Both the position numbers and the translations under genes were made by a program. Below the pieces are notes generated by a model. That model did not search any database. It saw nothing but the letters and a program-made list of their open reading frames with translations, and was not told the DNA's origin. From positions 80,848,001-80,912,000 of the forward strand of contig NC_042998.1 in NCBI RefSeq assembly GCF_006345805.1: DNA of 64,000 nt, in the 5' to 3' direction. Position 1 is the first letter of the stretch; every line of letters begins with the position of its first letter. This DNA is from Octopus sinensis. Lineage: Eukaryota. Below are positions 63,811 through 64,000 of the stretch, piece after piece.

Positions 63811-64000
63811 CTATCGTCCTCGTTGCCATTGTCTATCTAAACGTTATCATAATGATCAGCATTTCCATCATGCTATCTTCGAATGTTTTCTTTCTGATGC
63901 CGTCTATAGAAATTCGTTTTCACTTTTTCACTTTATTGATGCCTCCAGTCAAGAAAATTTGTCGACAGTACAGTAGTGATTATTTATCGTTTGGATTTAT

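Overview
AT-rich eukaryotic genomic DNA dense in microsatellites and repeats. It is most likely from an octopod cephalopod, inferred from the SINE, LINE and microsatellite landscape; this cannot be proven from the window. One intact host gene can be reconstructed: a six-exon secreted S1A (chymotrypsin-fold) serine protease on the + strand, join(3566-3626,7072-7216,10018-10139,13360-13491,14613-14758,15410-15568), 254 aa. It has a TATA box, signal peptide, IVGG N-terminus, complete His/Asp/Ser triad and a polyA signal. Its S1 pocket is not trypsin-like (Asn189, Val216), it is activated at Gln-Ile, and it carries an extra Cys pair. The rest is transposon-derived: a near-full-length but frameshifted CR1-clade LINE, five 3' fragments of Dong/R4-type REL-endonuclease retrotransposons all embedded in (AAT)n, two decayed mariners, a non-autonomous Helitron, a hAT MITE and four tRNA-headed SINE families. 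The most notable observation is that three different short repeat families between (TA)n tracts carry type I hammerhead-ribozyme cores with palindromic helix III (best copies 46435-46526, 57615-57714, 30985-31030). Several sit in inverted-plus-direct arrangements typical of Penelope-like element termini or retrozymes. Almost all ORFs in the supplied track are microsatellite artefacts.
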